From contig CAZFXQ010000001.1 of the NCBI GenBank assembly GCA_964523265.1, positions 1 through 56,603 on the forward strand: a DNA stretch of 56,603 nucleotides, read 5' to 3'. This document shows positions 27,536 through 37,161 of this stretch, in pieces (within the stretch, counting starts at the first letter, position 1; the number at the start of each line of letters is the position of its first letter). The translations under genes were made by a program, and so were the position numbers. Origin of the DNA: an uncultured Muribaculaceae bacterium (GTDB lineage Bacteria; Bacillota_I; Bacilli_A; RF39; UBA660). Under the pieces are notes generated by a model. That model searched no databases. It worked only from the letters and a program-made list of their open reading frames with translations, and had not been told where the DNA came from.

Positions 27536-28147
27536 ATGGATTTAAAAGAATTTAATTCTTTAATTAATAGTAGTATTAGTAAAGAAAAAGAAGAAAGATT
27601 AAAAAGGGACAGAAATTTAATGATAGCAAAACAATATAAAGAAGCTAAAGAAGAATATGAAGAAGTTTGTGTAGATAAACGCGCCCTTGATATTTATAGT
27701 AAATTTATTGATGCTATGCTTCCAAATGTAATAAAAAATTGCATTTACTGTTATCGTAACGCTTTAGTGAATGATAGTAATCCAAGACTTTATTTTTCTT
27801 TAGAAATTATAGGTTCAAGAACCTGTAAAAATGAAGAATTTATGAGTAACAAAAAAGGACACAATGTTATTACATTGAATGAACAATATTTTCAAAAATT
27901 TGTAAATTTTGTTGAACAATTTTTTGAAAAATATGGTATTCTTGTGGAAAGATTCCCTTATTTAAGTAATAATGTTGTGCATGTTATTCATGTTAATCTT
28001 GTTGATCTATTTTATTCATATGTACTTGAAAAAGAACATGGCATTTCTTATTTAAAAGAAAATATTAATACTTTATTAGAAGATTATGATGATAGTTTAA
28101 AAATACAAAGTAACGATAAAATTAAAGTAAAAAGTAAGAAAGAGTAA
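27536..28147 (+). CDS. Hypothetical cytoplasmic protein, paralog A of a tandem pair (203 aa)
   Basis: RBS AAGGAGG. It shares M..EFN.L, FI...LP..I and LVDLF..Y.LEKE.G...L.E.IN..LE.Y..SL blocks with the next gene. Confidence 0.6.
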   Translation: MDLKEFNSLINSSISKEKEERLKRDRNLMIAKQYKEAKEEYEEVCVDKRALDIYSKFIDAMLPNVIKNCIYCYRNALVNDSNPRLYFSLEIIGSRTCKNEEFMSNKKGHNVITLNEQYFQKFVNFVEQFFEKYGILVERFPYLSNNVVHVIHVNLVDLFYSYVLEKEHGISYLKENINTLLEDYDDSLKIQSNDKIKVKSKKE

Positions 28148-28227
28148 TTATAAGATCTATGTTTTGATGCTTTTAGTTTACTAAATATCACAATGTGTAA
28201 AGTGTATGTAAAAAAAAATTAAAAACG

Positions 28228-28256
28228 TTGAAATATTTGTTCTTATATTTTATAAT
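28228..28256 (+). promoter_or_regulatory. Near-consensus sigma-A promoter (TTGAAA, 17 nt spacer, TATAAT) for paralog B
   Basis: TTGAAA lies at 28228-28233 and TATAAT at 28251-28256. Confidence 0.5.
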
Positions 28257-28279
28257 ATAACCATATAGGAGGTGCTGTT

Positions 28280-28960
28280 ATGAATCAAGAAGAGTTTAAT
28301 AAATTAATGGCAGATAATGTAAAAATAGCTAAAGAAGAAATAGCTAAAGAGGAAGAAGAAAAAAGAAGAAAAGAAATAGAATATGAAAAAAATGACGCAG
28401 AATTAGTCTATAATGATGTTGTTAATGATGTTGATACTTTTATTTCATATGATACTTTTATAAGAATGGTTTTGCCTACTGCTATTAGAATGACAATTGA
28501 AGGTCAACGAAAAAAATTGGCTGATGATGTAAATTCAGTAACATCAATTGAATTTCATATTACGGGTGGAGCGCAAGTTTTATCGTATCGTATTCTCGGA
28601 GATTGTAGTTTAGCTATTAATGTACCAGATAGAGATGGTTTTAAGGAATATTTAACAGGTTTTGCAGAAGCATATGATTTAGATTATGCTATTCCACATT
28701 ATGGGTTCCGCTTTCGCGTTGGACTTGTAGATTTGTTTAGAGCTTATACTTTAGAAAAAGAGCAAGGATTAGATAACTTAAGAGAAAAAATTAATGCCGA
28801 ACTAGAAGAATATGGATATAGTTTGGATAATTATAATGAATTTAAGAAAGTTAACGGAAACAAACCTGAAGATGAATCTCCAAAATCACCAAAGGAAGAT
28901 TTTTACCAACAAATTGAAAAACTAGATGAAGATAAAGGATTTAAACCAAGAAATTTATAA
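28280..28960 (+). CDS. Hypothetical cytoplasmic protein, paralog B of a tandem pair (226 aa)
   Basis: RBS TAGGAGGTG. It is homologous to the 27536-28147 product through the conserved blocks listed there, and has an extra acidic/proline-containing C-terminal tail. Confidence 0.6.
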   Translation: MNQEEFNKLMADNVKIAKEEIAKEEEEKRRKEIEYEKNDAELVYNDVVNDVDTFISYDTFIRMVLPTAIRMTIEGQRKKLADDVNSVTSIEFHITGGAQVLSYRILGDCSLAINVPDRDGFKEYLTGFAEAYDLDYAIPHYGFRFRVGLVDLFRAYTLEKEQGLDNLREKINAELEEYGYSLDNYNEFKKVNGNKPEDESPKSPKEDFYQQIEKLDEDKGFKPRNL

Positions 28961-28970
28961 GGTTTTAATT

Positions 28971-29001
28971 AATTACGATTTTTAAAATCGTAATTTTTTT
29001 T
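28971..29001 (+). terminator. Strong rho-independent terminator
   Basis: A perfect 12-bp stem pairs AATTACGATTTT with AAAATCGTAATT, followed by TTTTTT. Confidence 0.7.
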
Positions 29002-29081
29002 AAGTAAGTAATTAAAAGGATAGACAATTATTACTTTTAAATGGTACAATTAATGTGTATAAAATAGAAAGGAAGAATGAA

Positions 29082-29966
29082 ATGGGAGTATTTAAAAATG
29101 AAGTAGGCAGGCCAAGTAACAAGACAATACATACAAGAAACACATTAAAATTTATATGTTTTTTATTGATTACTATTATATTACTGTTGGTATTATACAT
29201 AGTAAATGATAAATCAAAAAAAGAAATTATAGATATACAAGATAAAAAAATTACTAAGGAAGAAGCAAAACAGATTTTTGATAAGTATGTATTTGATGGA
29301 TATGAAACTATGTTTAAAAACGGTTTTTCTAGTGAATATAAAACAGCTCTAGCAATATCGAAAACAGAAAGTGAATCTAATACATATACATGTAATGATT
29401 TATATGGAGATAATTTAGAATTATGGCCTGGTTCTAAAGAAGGTGACAAAGCATATGTTGTGGATGAGTTGTTGTGCCAAGACAGCAATATAAAATTTTA
29501 TGACTATAGTGATGTTAGTGAAACATATGAAATGTTATTTTTAAGTGGATTGCCATTAAAAAGTCATATATCAGTCAGTTTTTCTGGAAGATATGGGTAT
29601 TCTGATTTAAAAGATGGTTACAGTTGGTTATCTTGTGAGTGTGGTGGTGTACCAGCATATTCTTTAATTAAAATATACGACGCTAAATTTTTAGATGATG
29701 AGTTACATATTTCTGTTGGCTATATTGAATATATTGATGATGCTAATGGGGATTTATCATTTAAACTTGCCAATGGTAAAAAAATTAAAATAAAAACAGA
29801 ATTTACTTTAGAAGATTTAGAAAAAGAAGAAAATATCAGTAAATTATTCTCTGAAGCATATCCATCAATGGATATTTATGAAATGGTTCTTGAGAAGGAT
29901 GAAAATGATCACATTTTTAAATTTAAATCATTTGAATTAAAAAAACCAGATGTTTATAATAATTAA
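29082..29966 (+). CDS. Hypothetical membrane-anchored extracytoplasmic protein (294 aa)
   Basis: The ATG at 29082 follows GAAAGGAAG and the -10-like TGGTACAAT (29042-29050). It has one N-terminal TM helix (FICFLLITIILLLVLYIV). The remainder has several Cys residues and no recognised family. Confidence 0.55.
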   Translation: MGVFKNEVGRPSNKTIHTRNTLKFICFLLITIILLLVLYIVNDKSKKEIIDIQDKKITKEEAKQIFDKYVFDGYETMFKNGFSSEYKTALAISKTESESNTYTCNDLYGDNLELWPGSKEGDKAYVVDELLCQDSNIKFYDYSDVSETYEMLFLSGLPLKSHISVSFSGRYGYSDLKDGYSWLSCECGGVPAYSLIKIYDAKFLDDELHISVGYIEYIDDANGDLSFKLANGKKIKIKTEFTLEDLEKEENISKLFSEAYPSMDIYEMVLEKDENDHIFKFKSFELKKPDVYNN

Positions 29967-29997
29967 CAAAAGTAATAAATATACTTTTGTTTTTTTT
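29966..29997 (+). terminator. Rho-independent terminator
   Basis: ACAAAAGTA (29966-29974) pairs with TACTTTTGT (29982-29990), followed by TTTTTTT. Confidence 0.6.
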
Positions 29998-30041
29998 GTT
30001 TTTAAAAAAAGTAAAAAAATATCAAAAAACACTTGATATAT

Positions 30042-30070
30042 AAGGAAATTTCTGTTAAAATGATAACTGC
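30042..30070 (+). promoter_or_regulatory. Sigma-A promoter of the S10 operon (TTGATA, 17 nt spacer, TAAAAT with upstream TG)
   Basis: TTGATA lies at 30042-30047, TGT at 30062-30064 and TAAAAT at 30065-30070. Confidence 0.55.
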
Positions 30071-30196
30071 GTGTAGCTGCGTAGATGTGCGAGGTTGCTG
30101 ATACACCCGGTTAAGTTGTTATTTAATTTGAAAGAGTTATCAGGTAATTCGTTCGGAGCATGTTTATACTAGATATAGACGAAGGGAGGACATTAT
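30071..30196 (+). promoter_or_regulatory. Structured, locally GC-enriched 5' leader of rpsJ
   Basis: A long-range pairing joins GATAACT (30071-30077) to AGTTATC (~30134-30140). Inside it, GTGTA pairs with TACAC. TTCGT pairs with ACGAA just upstream of the RBS GGGAGGA. Confidence 0.35.
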
Positions 30197-30499
30197 ATGT
30201 CAAATAAAATAAGAATTAAGTTAAAAGCATATGATCATCGTTCTTTAGATTTAGCTGCAAGTAAAATAGTAGAAACAGTAAAGCGTACTGGTGGAAAGGT
30301 AACAGGACCTGTGCCACTACCTACTGAAATACAAAAGTACACTATTTTAAGAGCGGTTCATAAATATAAAGATTCACGTGAACAATTCGAAATGCGTACA
30401 CACAAAAGACTTATTGATATTTCATCACCTAGTAAGGAAACAATTGATGCATTACAACATCTAGATTTACCTAGTGGTGTTGATATAGAAATTAAATAA
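30197..30499 (+). CDS. rpsJ: 30S ribosomal protein S10
   Basis: [14 protein letters not shown]...GPVPLPT...HKRLIDI. Confidence 0.97.
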   Translation: MSNKIRIKLKAYDHRSLDLAASKIVETVKRTGGKVTGPVPLPTEIQKYTILRAVHKYKDSREQFEMRTHKRLIDISSPSKETIDALQHLDLPSGVDIEIK

Positions 30500-30512
30500 T
30501 TAGGAGGAAAAA

Positions 30513-31256
30513 ATGGAAAGAAAAGGAATCTTAGGTCGTAAACTAGGAATGACTCAAGTGTTTGCCAAAGATGGAAAGCTAATTCCTGTTACAGTTGTTG
30601 AAGTTGAACCAAATATTGTAACTCAAATCAAAACTGTAGAAACTGATGGATATGAAGCTATTCAATTAGGTTTTGACACTAAAAGGGAAAAACTATCTAA
30701 CAAAGCAGAAAAAGGTCATCTTGCAAAATCAAATACTACACCTAAGCGCTTCTTAAAAGAGATTCGCGGTGTAGATGTAAACAAGTACGAACTTGGTCAA
30801 GAACTTAGCGTTGAAGTTTTTGAAGAAGGAGAAATGGTTGATGTAACTGGAATTTCTAAAGGTAAAGGATACCAAGGTGTAATTAAACGTTATCATCAAT
30901 CAAGAGGTCCTATGGGACACGGATCTCAATATCACAGAGGTGTTGGTTCATTAGGTACAATGAGACCAATGCGTGTATTTAAAGGTAAGAAATTACCAGG
31001 ACATATGGGAAATGTTACTGTAACTATGCAAAATTTAGAAGTAGTTGCAATAAATAAAGATGAAAACATAATCTTAATTAAAGGTAATGTTCCTGGTCCT
31101 AAAAAGTCTTTAGTTATCATCAAATCAGCTGTTAAAAAGCCAAATGTAAAAAATGAGAAGGTTGAATTAGTTTCTTATAAAACTAAAGAAGCTGAAGTTG
31201 TGGCTGAAGAAGCACAAGTTGATGATACAAATACATCACAAGCAACTGAAGAATAA
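30513..31256 (+). CDS. rplC: 50S ribosomal protein L3 (with ~40 aa acidic C-terminal extension)
   Basis: [13 protein letters not shown]...[11 protein letters not shown]... is the L3 core. The tail ...[25 protein letters not shown] extends beyond it. Confidence 0.95.
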   Translation: MERKGILGRKLGMTQVFAKDGKLIPVTVVEVEPNIVTQIKTVETDGYEAIQLGFDTKREKLSNKAEKGHLAKSNTTPKRFLKEIRGVDVNKYELGQELSVEVFEEGEMVDVTGISKGKGYQGVIKRYHQSRGPMGHGSQYHRGVGSLGTMRPMRVFKGKKLPGHMGNVTVTMQNLEVVAINKDENIILIKGNVPGPKKSLVIIKSAVKKPNVKNEKVELVSYKTKEAEVVAEEAQVDDTNTSQATEE

Positions 31257-31304
31257 TTTGTTTGTTATTAGTTAGTAATACTTGTGATGAAAGGAGGATA
31301 TAAA

Positions 31305-31931
31305 ATGCCAAAGACAGCACTTTTAAGTTTAAAAGGTGAAAAAATTAAAGACATAAAATTAGATGAAACTATTTGGGGAATAACTCCAAATGATCAAACT
31401 ATATATGAAGCTGTAGTACTTAAAATGGCTTCAGAAAGACAAGGATCACACAGTACTAAAACACGTAGTGAAGTATCAGGTGGTGGAAGAAAGCCATGGA
31501 GACAGAAAGGTACTGGTAATGCTCGTCAAGGTTCTATTAGAGCACCTCATTTTGTAGGTGGTGGAATAGTGTTTGGACCAACGACTAATAGAAATTACAC
31601 TAAAAAGATGAATAAGAAAACTCGTCGTTTAGCATTAAAATCTGCATTAACATATAAAGTTAATGATAAGAATTTAGTGGTTGTTGATAAGTTTGAATTA
31701 AAAACTAATAAAACAAAAGATGTTATAAAATTATTAGAAGAGTTAAAATTAAATGGAAACGTTTTAATAGTAACAACTGATTTAACAGAAAATACTATTT
31801 TAGCTACTAGAAATTTAGGAAATATTAATTTAATTTTAGCAAATGAGCTTAATACATATGATGTTTTATATTGTGATAAGTTAGTTATTACAGAAGAAGC
31901 TGTAAAATATGTTGAGGAGGTGCTTAAATAA
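31305..31931 (+). CDS. rplD: 50S ribosomal protein L4
   Basis: GGGRKPWRQKGTGNARQGS is present. The ATG at 31305 follows AAGGAGG, so the ORF-track start at 31284 was rejected. Confidence 0.95.
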   Translation: MPKTALLSLKGEKIKDIKLDETIWGITPNDQTIYEAVVLKMASERQGSHSTKTRSEVSGGGRKPWRQKGTGNARQGSIRAPHFVGGGIVFGPTTNRNYTKKMNKKTRRLALKSALTYKVNDKNLVVVDKFELKTNKTKDVIKLLEELKLNGNVLIVTTDLTENTILATRNLGNINLILANELNTYDVLYCDKLVITEEAVKYVEEVLK

Positions 31932-32203
31932 TGAAAGATATAATATTAGCACCAATCGTTACTGAAAAATCAGGTGTTATTTCAGCAGATGGAAGTAAAA
32001 TTGTATTAAAAGTTGCAAAAAATGCAAACAAGGTACAAATAAGACAAGCTGTTGAAAAAGCTTTTGATGTTAAGATAACAAATGTAAATACTATTAATGT
32101 AAGACCTAAAAAGAAAAGAGTAGGTCGTTATGAAGGAACTACCAAAGCTTATAAAAAAGCAATTATAACTTTAGCTTCTGGTAGCAAGATAGAATTAAAC
32201 TAA
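31931..32203 (+). CDS. rplW: 50S ribosomal protein L23
   Basis: APIVTEKS...KKAIITL is present. The start overlaps the rplD stop (TAATG). Confidence 0.95.
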   Translation: MKDIILAPIVTEKSGVISADGSKIVLKVAKNANKVQIRQAVEKAFDVKITNVNTINVRPKKKRVGRYEGTTKAYKKAIITLASGSKIELN

Positions 32204-32219
32204 TAAGGAGGAAACTTAA

Positions 32220-33047
32220 ATGCCAGTTAGAAAGTTAAAACCTACTACTCCATCAAGAAGAAGTATGAGTATGTTAGTTAATGATGAAATAACTAAAAGC
32301 ACTCCAGAAAGAAGCTTGGTAGAAATAAAGAAAAAAACAAGTGGTCGTAACAATTTAGGTCGTATTACTGTAAGACATCATGGTGGTGAAGAAAAAAGAA
32401 AATATCGTAAGATTGACTTTAAGCGTAACAAACATGATATTACAGGACGTGTTGCAGCAATTGAATATGATCCAAACAGAAGTGCAAATATTGCATTAAT
32501 TAACTATAAAGATGGTGAAAAAAGATACATTATTGCACCAAATGGTTTAAAGGTCAATGATATTATAGTAAGTGGTTTAAATGTTGATATAAAAGTTGGT
32601 AATTCATTACCAATTATGAATATACCTGTTGGTACAGTTATTCATAATATAGAATTAAGACCTGGTAAGGGAGCGCAACTTGCAAGAAGCGCAGGTGCTA
32701 GTGCTCAAATTTTAGGTCGTGAAGAAAAATACGTATTAATAAGATTAAGAAGTGGTGAAACAAGAAAGATACTTGGAACTTGTATGGCAACAATCGGTGA
32801 AGTAGGAAATCTTGATTATTCACTTGTTAATTTAGGTAAAGCAGGACGTACTCGTCACATGGGAATTCGTCCAACTGTACGTGGTTCTGTTATGAACCCT
32901 AATGATCACCCACATGGTGGTGGTGAAGGTCGTGCTCCAGTTGGCCGTAAGCAACCAATGACACCTTGGGGTAAACCTGCGCTTGGTATGAAGACTCGTA
33001 AAAATAAAAAAGCTTCAACTAAGTTAATTGTAAGCCGTAAAAAATAA
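32220..33047 (+). CDS. rplB: 50S ribosomal protein L2
   Basis: [21 protein letters not shown] and [13 protein letters not shown] are present. Confidence 0.97.
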   Translation: MPVRKLKPTTPSRRSMSMLVNDEITKSTPERSLVEIKKKTSGRNNLGRITVRHHGGEEKRKYRKIDFKRNKHDITGRVAAIEYDPNRSANIALINYKDGEKRYIIAPNGLKVNDIIVSGLNVDIKVGNSLPIMNIPVGTVIHNIELRPGKGAQLARSAGASAQILGREEKYVLIRLRSGETRKILGTCMATIGEVGNLDYSLVNLGKAGRTRHMGIRPTVRGSVMNPNDHPHGGGEGRAPVGRKQPMTPWGKPALGMKTRKNKKASTKLIVSRKK

Positions 33048-33065
33048 TGGAAAGGAAAGAAAATA

Positions 33066-33338
33066 ATGGCAAGAAGTATTAAAAAAGGACCTTATGTATT
33101 TCCAAGATTACTTAAAAAGGTTCAAAAGTTAAATGAAGAAGGTAAAAAAGAAGTAATTAAAACTTGGTCACGCCGTTCAACAATATTTCCAGATTTTATA
33201 GGACACACATTTGCAGTTCACAATGGTAAGGATTTTATTCCAGTTTATGTAACTGAAGATATGGTAGGACATAAATTAGGAGAATTTTCAGCTACTCGTA
33301 AATGTGGTGGACACGGCGAGAACAAAGATAAGAAGTAA
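33066..33338 (+). CDS. rpsS: 30S ribosomal protein S19
   Basis: [11 protein letters not shown]...[23 protein letters not shown]. Confidence 0.97.
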   Translation: MARSIKKGPYVFPRLLKKVQKLNEEGKKEVIKTWSRRSTIFPDFIGHTFAVHNGKDFIPVYVTEDMVGHKLGEFSATRKCGGHGENKDKK

Positions 33339-33360
33339 TAACTAGAAGGGAGATAAAAAT

Positions 33361-33693
33361 ATGGAAGCGAAAGCAATTGCGAAAACAGTTCGTATTTCCG
33401 CTTTAAAATCTCGTTTAGTTATGAGGTTAATAAACGGAAAGGACGTAAGTGAAGCTATGTCTATTGTAAATAATATAAATAGCAAAGCAGCACGCGTTAT
33501 TAAAAAAGTATTAGTATCAGCTGTAGCAAACGCTGAAAATAATCATAATCTTGATAAAAATAAATTATATGTTAAAGAAGCATATGTTAATGATGGACCA
33601 GTACTTAAAAGATCTGTTCCAGATTCAAGAGGAAGAATAGCTAAAAATGATCACCGTACAAGTCATGTAACAGTGGTTGTGGCAGAAAGATAA
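33361..33693 (+). CDS. rplV: 50S ribosomal protein L22
   Basis: [18 protein letters not shown]...[27 protein letters not shown]. Confidence 0.95.
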   Translation: MEAKAIAKTVRISALKSRLVMRLINGKDVSEAMSIVNNINSKAARVIKKVLVSAVANAENNHNLDKNKLYVKEAYVNDGPVLKRSVPDSRGRIAKNDHRTSHVTVVVAER

Positions 33694-33709
33694 TATAAGG
33701 AGGAAGAAC

Positions 33710-34384
33710 ATGGGTCAAAAAGTAAATCCAGAAGGTTTGAGACTTGGTATAAACAAGGATTGGACTGCTAAATGGTATGCACCAAGTAAAGATTTCTCTA
33801 AAGTACTTGAAAATGATATGAAAATACGTAAATTTCTATTGAAGAAATTAAAAAATGCTGCAGTATCTACAGTTACTATTGAAAGAAGTAATAAGAAAAC
33901 TGAAGTAAAGATCAGTACTGCAAAACCAGGTGTAGTAATTGGACACGGTGGAGAAGAAATCGAAAAGTTAAAGAAAGAAATCAACAAATTAGTTAATGAA
34001 GATGTACAAATTTCAATTATTGAAATAAAGAATCCTGACTTGGATGCGCAATTAGTAGCTAATAATATAGCTAGTCAAATTGAAAATAGGGGTTCATACC
34101 GTATGGCTCAAAAAAGAGCTATTAGAAACACAATGAAGGCTGGAGCTAAAGGAATTAAAACATTATGCTCTGGACGTTTAAATGGAGCTGAAATAGCACG
34201 TGGTGAAGGATATAATGAAGGAACAACTCCATTACATACTTTAAGAGCAGACATAAGTTATGCAACTGCTGAAGCAGACACTACTTATGGTAAGATAGGT
34301 GTTAAAGTATGGATATACAAAGGTGAAATCCTTCCAACTAAAAAAAAGGGAGGTAATAAAGATGTTAATGCCAAAAAGAACTAA
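33710..34384 (+). CDS. rpsC: 30S ribosomal protein S3
   Basis: [18 protein letters not shown] is present. The ORF-track start at 33677 overlaps rplV and was rejected. Confidence 0.96.
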   Translation: MGQKVNPEGLRLGINKDWTAKWYAPSKDFSKVLENDMKIRKFLLKKLKNAAVSTVTIERSNKKTEVKISTAKPGVVIGHGGEEIEKLKKEINKLVNEDVQISIIEIKNPDLDAQLVANNIASQIENRGSYRMAQKRAIRNTMKAGAKGIKTLCSGRLNGAEIARGEGYNEGTTPLHTLRADISYATAEADTTYGKIGVKVWIYKGEILPTKKKGGNKDVNAKKN

Positions 34385-34793
34385 ATATCGTAAACCTCAC
34401 AGAATTTATTATGAAGGAAAAGCTAAAGGTAATACAAAAGTAACTTTTGGTGAGTATGGTTTAATGGCAAAAGAAGGCGCTTGGATAACAGCACAACAAA
34501 TCGAAGCTGCTCGTGTTGCTATGACTCGTTATATGAAACGTGGTGGTAATGTATATGTTAATATATTCCCTCATTTATCATTAACTAAAAAGCCATTAGA
34601 AACTCGTCAAGGTAAAGGTAAAGGTAATCCGGAAAGTTGGGTTGCAGTAGTTAAAGAAGGTAAAATTATGTTTGAGGTTTCAGGTGTCTCTGAAGAGGTT
34701 GCACGTGAGGCTTTAAGACTTGCAATGCACAAACTACCAATTAAATGTAAGTTTGTTATAAAAGAAGATGGTGGTGATAAAAATGAAGGTTAA
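34362..34793 (+). CDS. rplP: 50S ribosomal protein L16
   Basis: [14 protein letters not shown] is present. The gene overlaps the end of rpsC. Confidence 0.96.
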   Translation: MLMPKRTKYRKPHRIYYEGKAKGNTKVTFGEYGLMAKEGAWITAQQIEAARVAMTRYMKRGGNVYVNIFPHLSLTKKPLETRQGKGKGNPESWVAVVKEGKIMFEVSGVSEEVAREALRLAMHKLPIKCKFVIKEDGGDKNEG

Positions 34794-34974
34794 GGAAATA
34801 AGAGAACTTACCACAGAACAATTAGAAGCTAAAATAATTGAAGTAAAAGATGAAATTTTTGCACTACGTTTAAAGCAAGCAACAGGTAATTTAGAAAAGC
34901 CTTCAAAAATACATGAATTAAGGAAAGACGTTGCTAGAATGAAAACTGTTTTAGCAGAACGTAAGAATGCTTAA
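34783..34974 (+). CDS. rpmC: 50S ribosomal protein L29
   Basis: [18 protein letters not shown]...LRLKQATG is present. The gene overlaps the end of rplP. Confidence 0.95.
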   Translation: MKVKEIRELTTEQLEAKIIEVKDEIFALRLKQATGNLEKPSKIHELRKDVARMKTVLAERKNA

Positions 34975-34985
34975 GGAGGCTAATT

Positions 34986-35243
34986 ATGGAAAAGGTTAAA
35001 CGTGAAATAATTGGAAAAGTTGTAAGTGCTAAAAATAATAAAACTATTACTATATTAGTAGAAACTTACAAAAAAGATCCAAAGTATGGGAAACGTGTTA
35101 AGTATTCTAAAAAGTATGCTGCACACGATGAAGAAAACAAAGCAAAAGTTGGAGATATAGTTAAAGTTGTTCAAACTAAACCATTATCAAAGACAAAAAG
35201 ATTTAGTTTAGTAGAAATAGTAGAAGAAGCCGTAATTTTATAG
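34986..35243 (+). CDS. rpsQ: 30S ribosomal protein S17
   Basis: [17 protein letters not shown]...[16 protein letters not shown]. Confidence 0.95.
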   Translation: MEKVKREIIGKVVSAKNNKTITILVETYKKDPKYGKRVKYSKKYAAHDEENKAKVGDIVKVVQTKPLSKTKRFSLVEIVEEAVIL

Positions 35244-35275
35244 GCACTTTACAAATAAGATAGGAGGAAACACTT

Positions 35276-35644
35276 ATGATTCAACAACAAAGTCGTTTAA
35301 AAGTTGCTGATAATTCTGGTGCAAGAGAACTTATGGTAATAAGAGTTCTTGGTGGAAGTAAAGTTAAAACTGGAAATATTGGTGACATCGTAGTTGGAAC
35401 AGTAAAAAAAGCAACTCCAAATGGTAATATACAAAGCGGTAAAGTCGTAAAAGCGGTTATCGTTAGAAGTAAATTTGGAATGCGTAGAGATGATGGTTCA
35501 TATATCAAATTTGATGATAATGCTTGCGTTATTATTAAAGATGATAAGACACCAGTTGGAACAAGAGTTTTAGGTCCAGTAGCACGCGAATTACGTGATA
35601 AAGATTTCATGAAAATTGTATCGCTAGCAAAAGAAGTGTTATAG
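35276..35644 (+). CDS. rplN: 50S ribosomal protein L14
   Basis: [27 protein letters not shown]. Confidence 0.97.
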   Translation: MIQQQSRLKVADNSGARELMVIRVLGGSKVKTGNIGDIVVGTVKKATPNGNIQSGKVVKAVIVRSKFGMRRDDGSYIKFDDNACVIIKDDKTPVGTRVLGPVARELRDKDFMKIVSLAKEVL

Positions 35645-35663
35645 GTCTTTTAAGGAGGAAATC

Positions 35664-35969
35664 ATGAATTTAAAAGTTGGAGATAAAGTCATTGTTATTG
35701 CTGGTAAAGATAAAGGTAAAGAAGGAAAAATAATTGCAAAGAAAAGTGATAAAGTTTTAGTTGAAGGTATTAATATGGTAAAAAAACATATAAAACCTAA
35801 TGGTCAAGACCAAGCAGGTGGTATTGTTGATAGAGAAGCTTTAATTCATATTTCTAATGTAATGATGATTGATCCTAAAACCAAAAAACGTACTAGAATA
35901 GCACATGAAATAAATAAAGATGGAAAAAAAGTTAGAGTTTCTAGCAAGTCAAAATCTAAGTTAGACTAA
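35664..35969 (+). CDS. rplX: 50S ribosomal protein L24
   Basis: A KOW motif, [20 protein letters not shown], is present. Confidence 0.95.
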   Translation: MNLKVGDKVIVIAGKDKGKEGKIIAKKSDKVLVEGINMVKKHIKPNGQDQAGGIVDREALIHISNVMMIDPKTKKRTRIAHEINKDGKKVRVSSKSKSKLD

Positions 35970-35985
35970 GTAAAGGAGGGTAACT

Positions 35986-36525
35986 ATGAACAGTTTAAAA
36001 GAACAATATAAGAAGGATATAATTCCTTCGTTAAAAGAAAAATATAATTATACTACTGTCATGGCTGTACCAAGGCTAGAAAAGATCGTAGTTAATATGG
36101 GTGTTGGAGATGCAACACAAAATAGTAAATTATTAGAAGTAGCAACTTCTGAATTAGAAAAGATAACAGGAAGAACACCAGTTATCACAAAAGCAAAGAA
36201 ATCAATTGCGGGTTTTAAAATAAGAGAAGGACAAGCAATTGGATGTAAGGTTACACTTCGTGGTGACGATATGTATGTTTTCTTAGAAAAATTAATTAAA
36301 ATAGTATTACCTCGTGTACGTGATTTTAGAGGTATATCTAATAAAGCTTTTGATGGAAGAGGAAATTATACATTGGGAGTTAAAGAACAAACTATTTTCC
36401 CAGAAATCGTATATGATGAAGTTGTAAAAGTACGTGGAATGGATATTGTTTTTGTAACAACAGCTAAAACAAATGATGAAGCATTAGACTTATTAAAGGG
36501 ATTTGGATTACCTTTTAAGAAATAG
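35986..36525 (+). CDS. rplE: 50S ribosomal protein L5
   Basis: [19 protein letters not shown]...[18 protein letters not shown]. Confidence 0.96.
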   Translation: MNSLKEQYKKDIIPSLKEKYNYTTVMAVPRLEKIVVNMGVGDATQNSKLLEVATSELEKITGRTPVITKAKKSIAGFKIREGQAIGCKVTLRGDDMYVFLEKLIKIVLPRVRDFRGISNKAFDGRGNYTLGVKEQTIFPEIVYDEVVKVRGMDIVFVTTAKTNDEALDLLKGFGLPFKK

Positions 36526-36543
36526 GCAAATGGGAGGATATAA

Positions 36544-36729
36544 ATGGCAAAGAAAAGTATGGTCGTAAAACAACAAAGACCAAAGAAATATAAAGTTCAA
36601 GAATACACTCGTTGCAACAGATGCGGTCGTCCACATTCAGTAATGAAAAAGTTTGGTGTCTGCCGTATTTGCTTTAGGGAACTTGCCTATAAAGGTGAAA
36701 TCCCAGGTGTTAAAAAGTCAAGTTGGTAG
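36544..36729 (+). CDS. rpsN: 30S ribosomal protein S14, short zinc-binding type (type Z)
   Basis: The product is 61 aa with CNRCGRP...CRICFRE (C-x2-C...C-x2-C). Confidence 0.95.
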   Translation: MAKKSMVVKQQRPKKYKVQEYTRCNRCGRPHSVMKKFGVCRICFRELAYKGEIPGVKKSSW

Positions 36730-36752
36730 GAATAAAGAAAAGGAGGATTTAT

Positions 36753-37151
36753 ATGTCAGTAACAGATCCAATCGCAGATTTACTTACGCGTGTTCGTAAT
36801 GCAAATCAAATGCGTTATAATGAAGTAGTCGTTCCTTCTTCAAATGTTAAGTTAACTATTGTTGATATTTTGAAAAAGGAAGGTTATATTGCTAACTATA
36901 AAGTAGAAAAAAATGATGTTCAAGATAATATAATTATCACTTTAAAATATGGGGCTAATAAAGAAAGAGTAATATCTGGTTTGAAAAGAATTTCTAAACC
37001 AGGATTACGTGTATATGCTAAAAAGGAAGAAGTTCCAACTGTATTAAACGGTCTTGGAATATCTATAATTTCAACATCTCAAGGAATAATGACAGGTAAA
37101 GAAGCTAAAAAATTAAACCTTGGTGGAGAAGTTTTAGCATATATATGGTAA
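36753..37151 (+). CDS. rpsH: 30S ribosomal protein S8
   Basis: [17 protein letters not shown] is present. The ORF-track start at 36723 was rejected. Confidence 0.96.
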   Translation: MSVTDPIADLLTRVRNANQMRYNEVVVPSSNVKLTIVDILKKEGYIANYKVEKNDVQDNIIITLKYGANKERVISGLKRISKPGLRVYAKKEEVPTVLNGLGISIISTSQGIMTGKEAKKLNLGGEVLAYIW

Positions 37152-37161
37152 GAGGCTTAAA

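Noticed and set aside
29012-29488. A 158-aa minus-strand ORF in the supplied track that overlaps the 29082-29966 gene.
   Set aside because: It has no RBS or promoter context. The translation is low-complexity and hydrophobic, as is typical of antisense frames in AT-rich DNA. The plus-strand ORF has a -10 element, an RBS, a clean signal anchor and flanking terminators.
35281-35610. A 109-aa minus-strand ORF antisense to rplN.
   Set aside because: It lies entirely inside a universally conserved ribosomal protein gene on the opposite strand, so it is an antisense-frame artefact.
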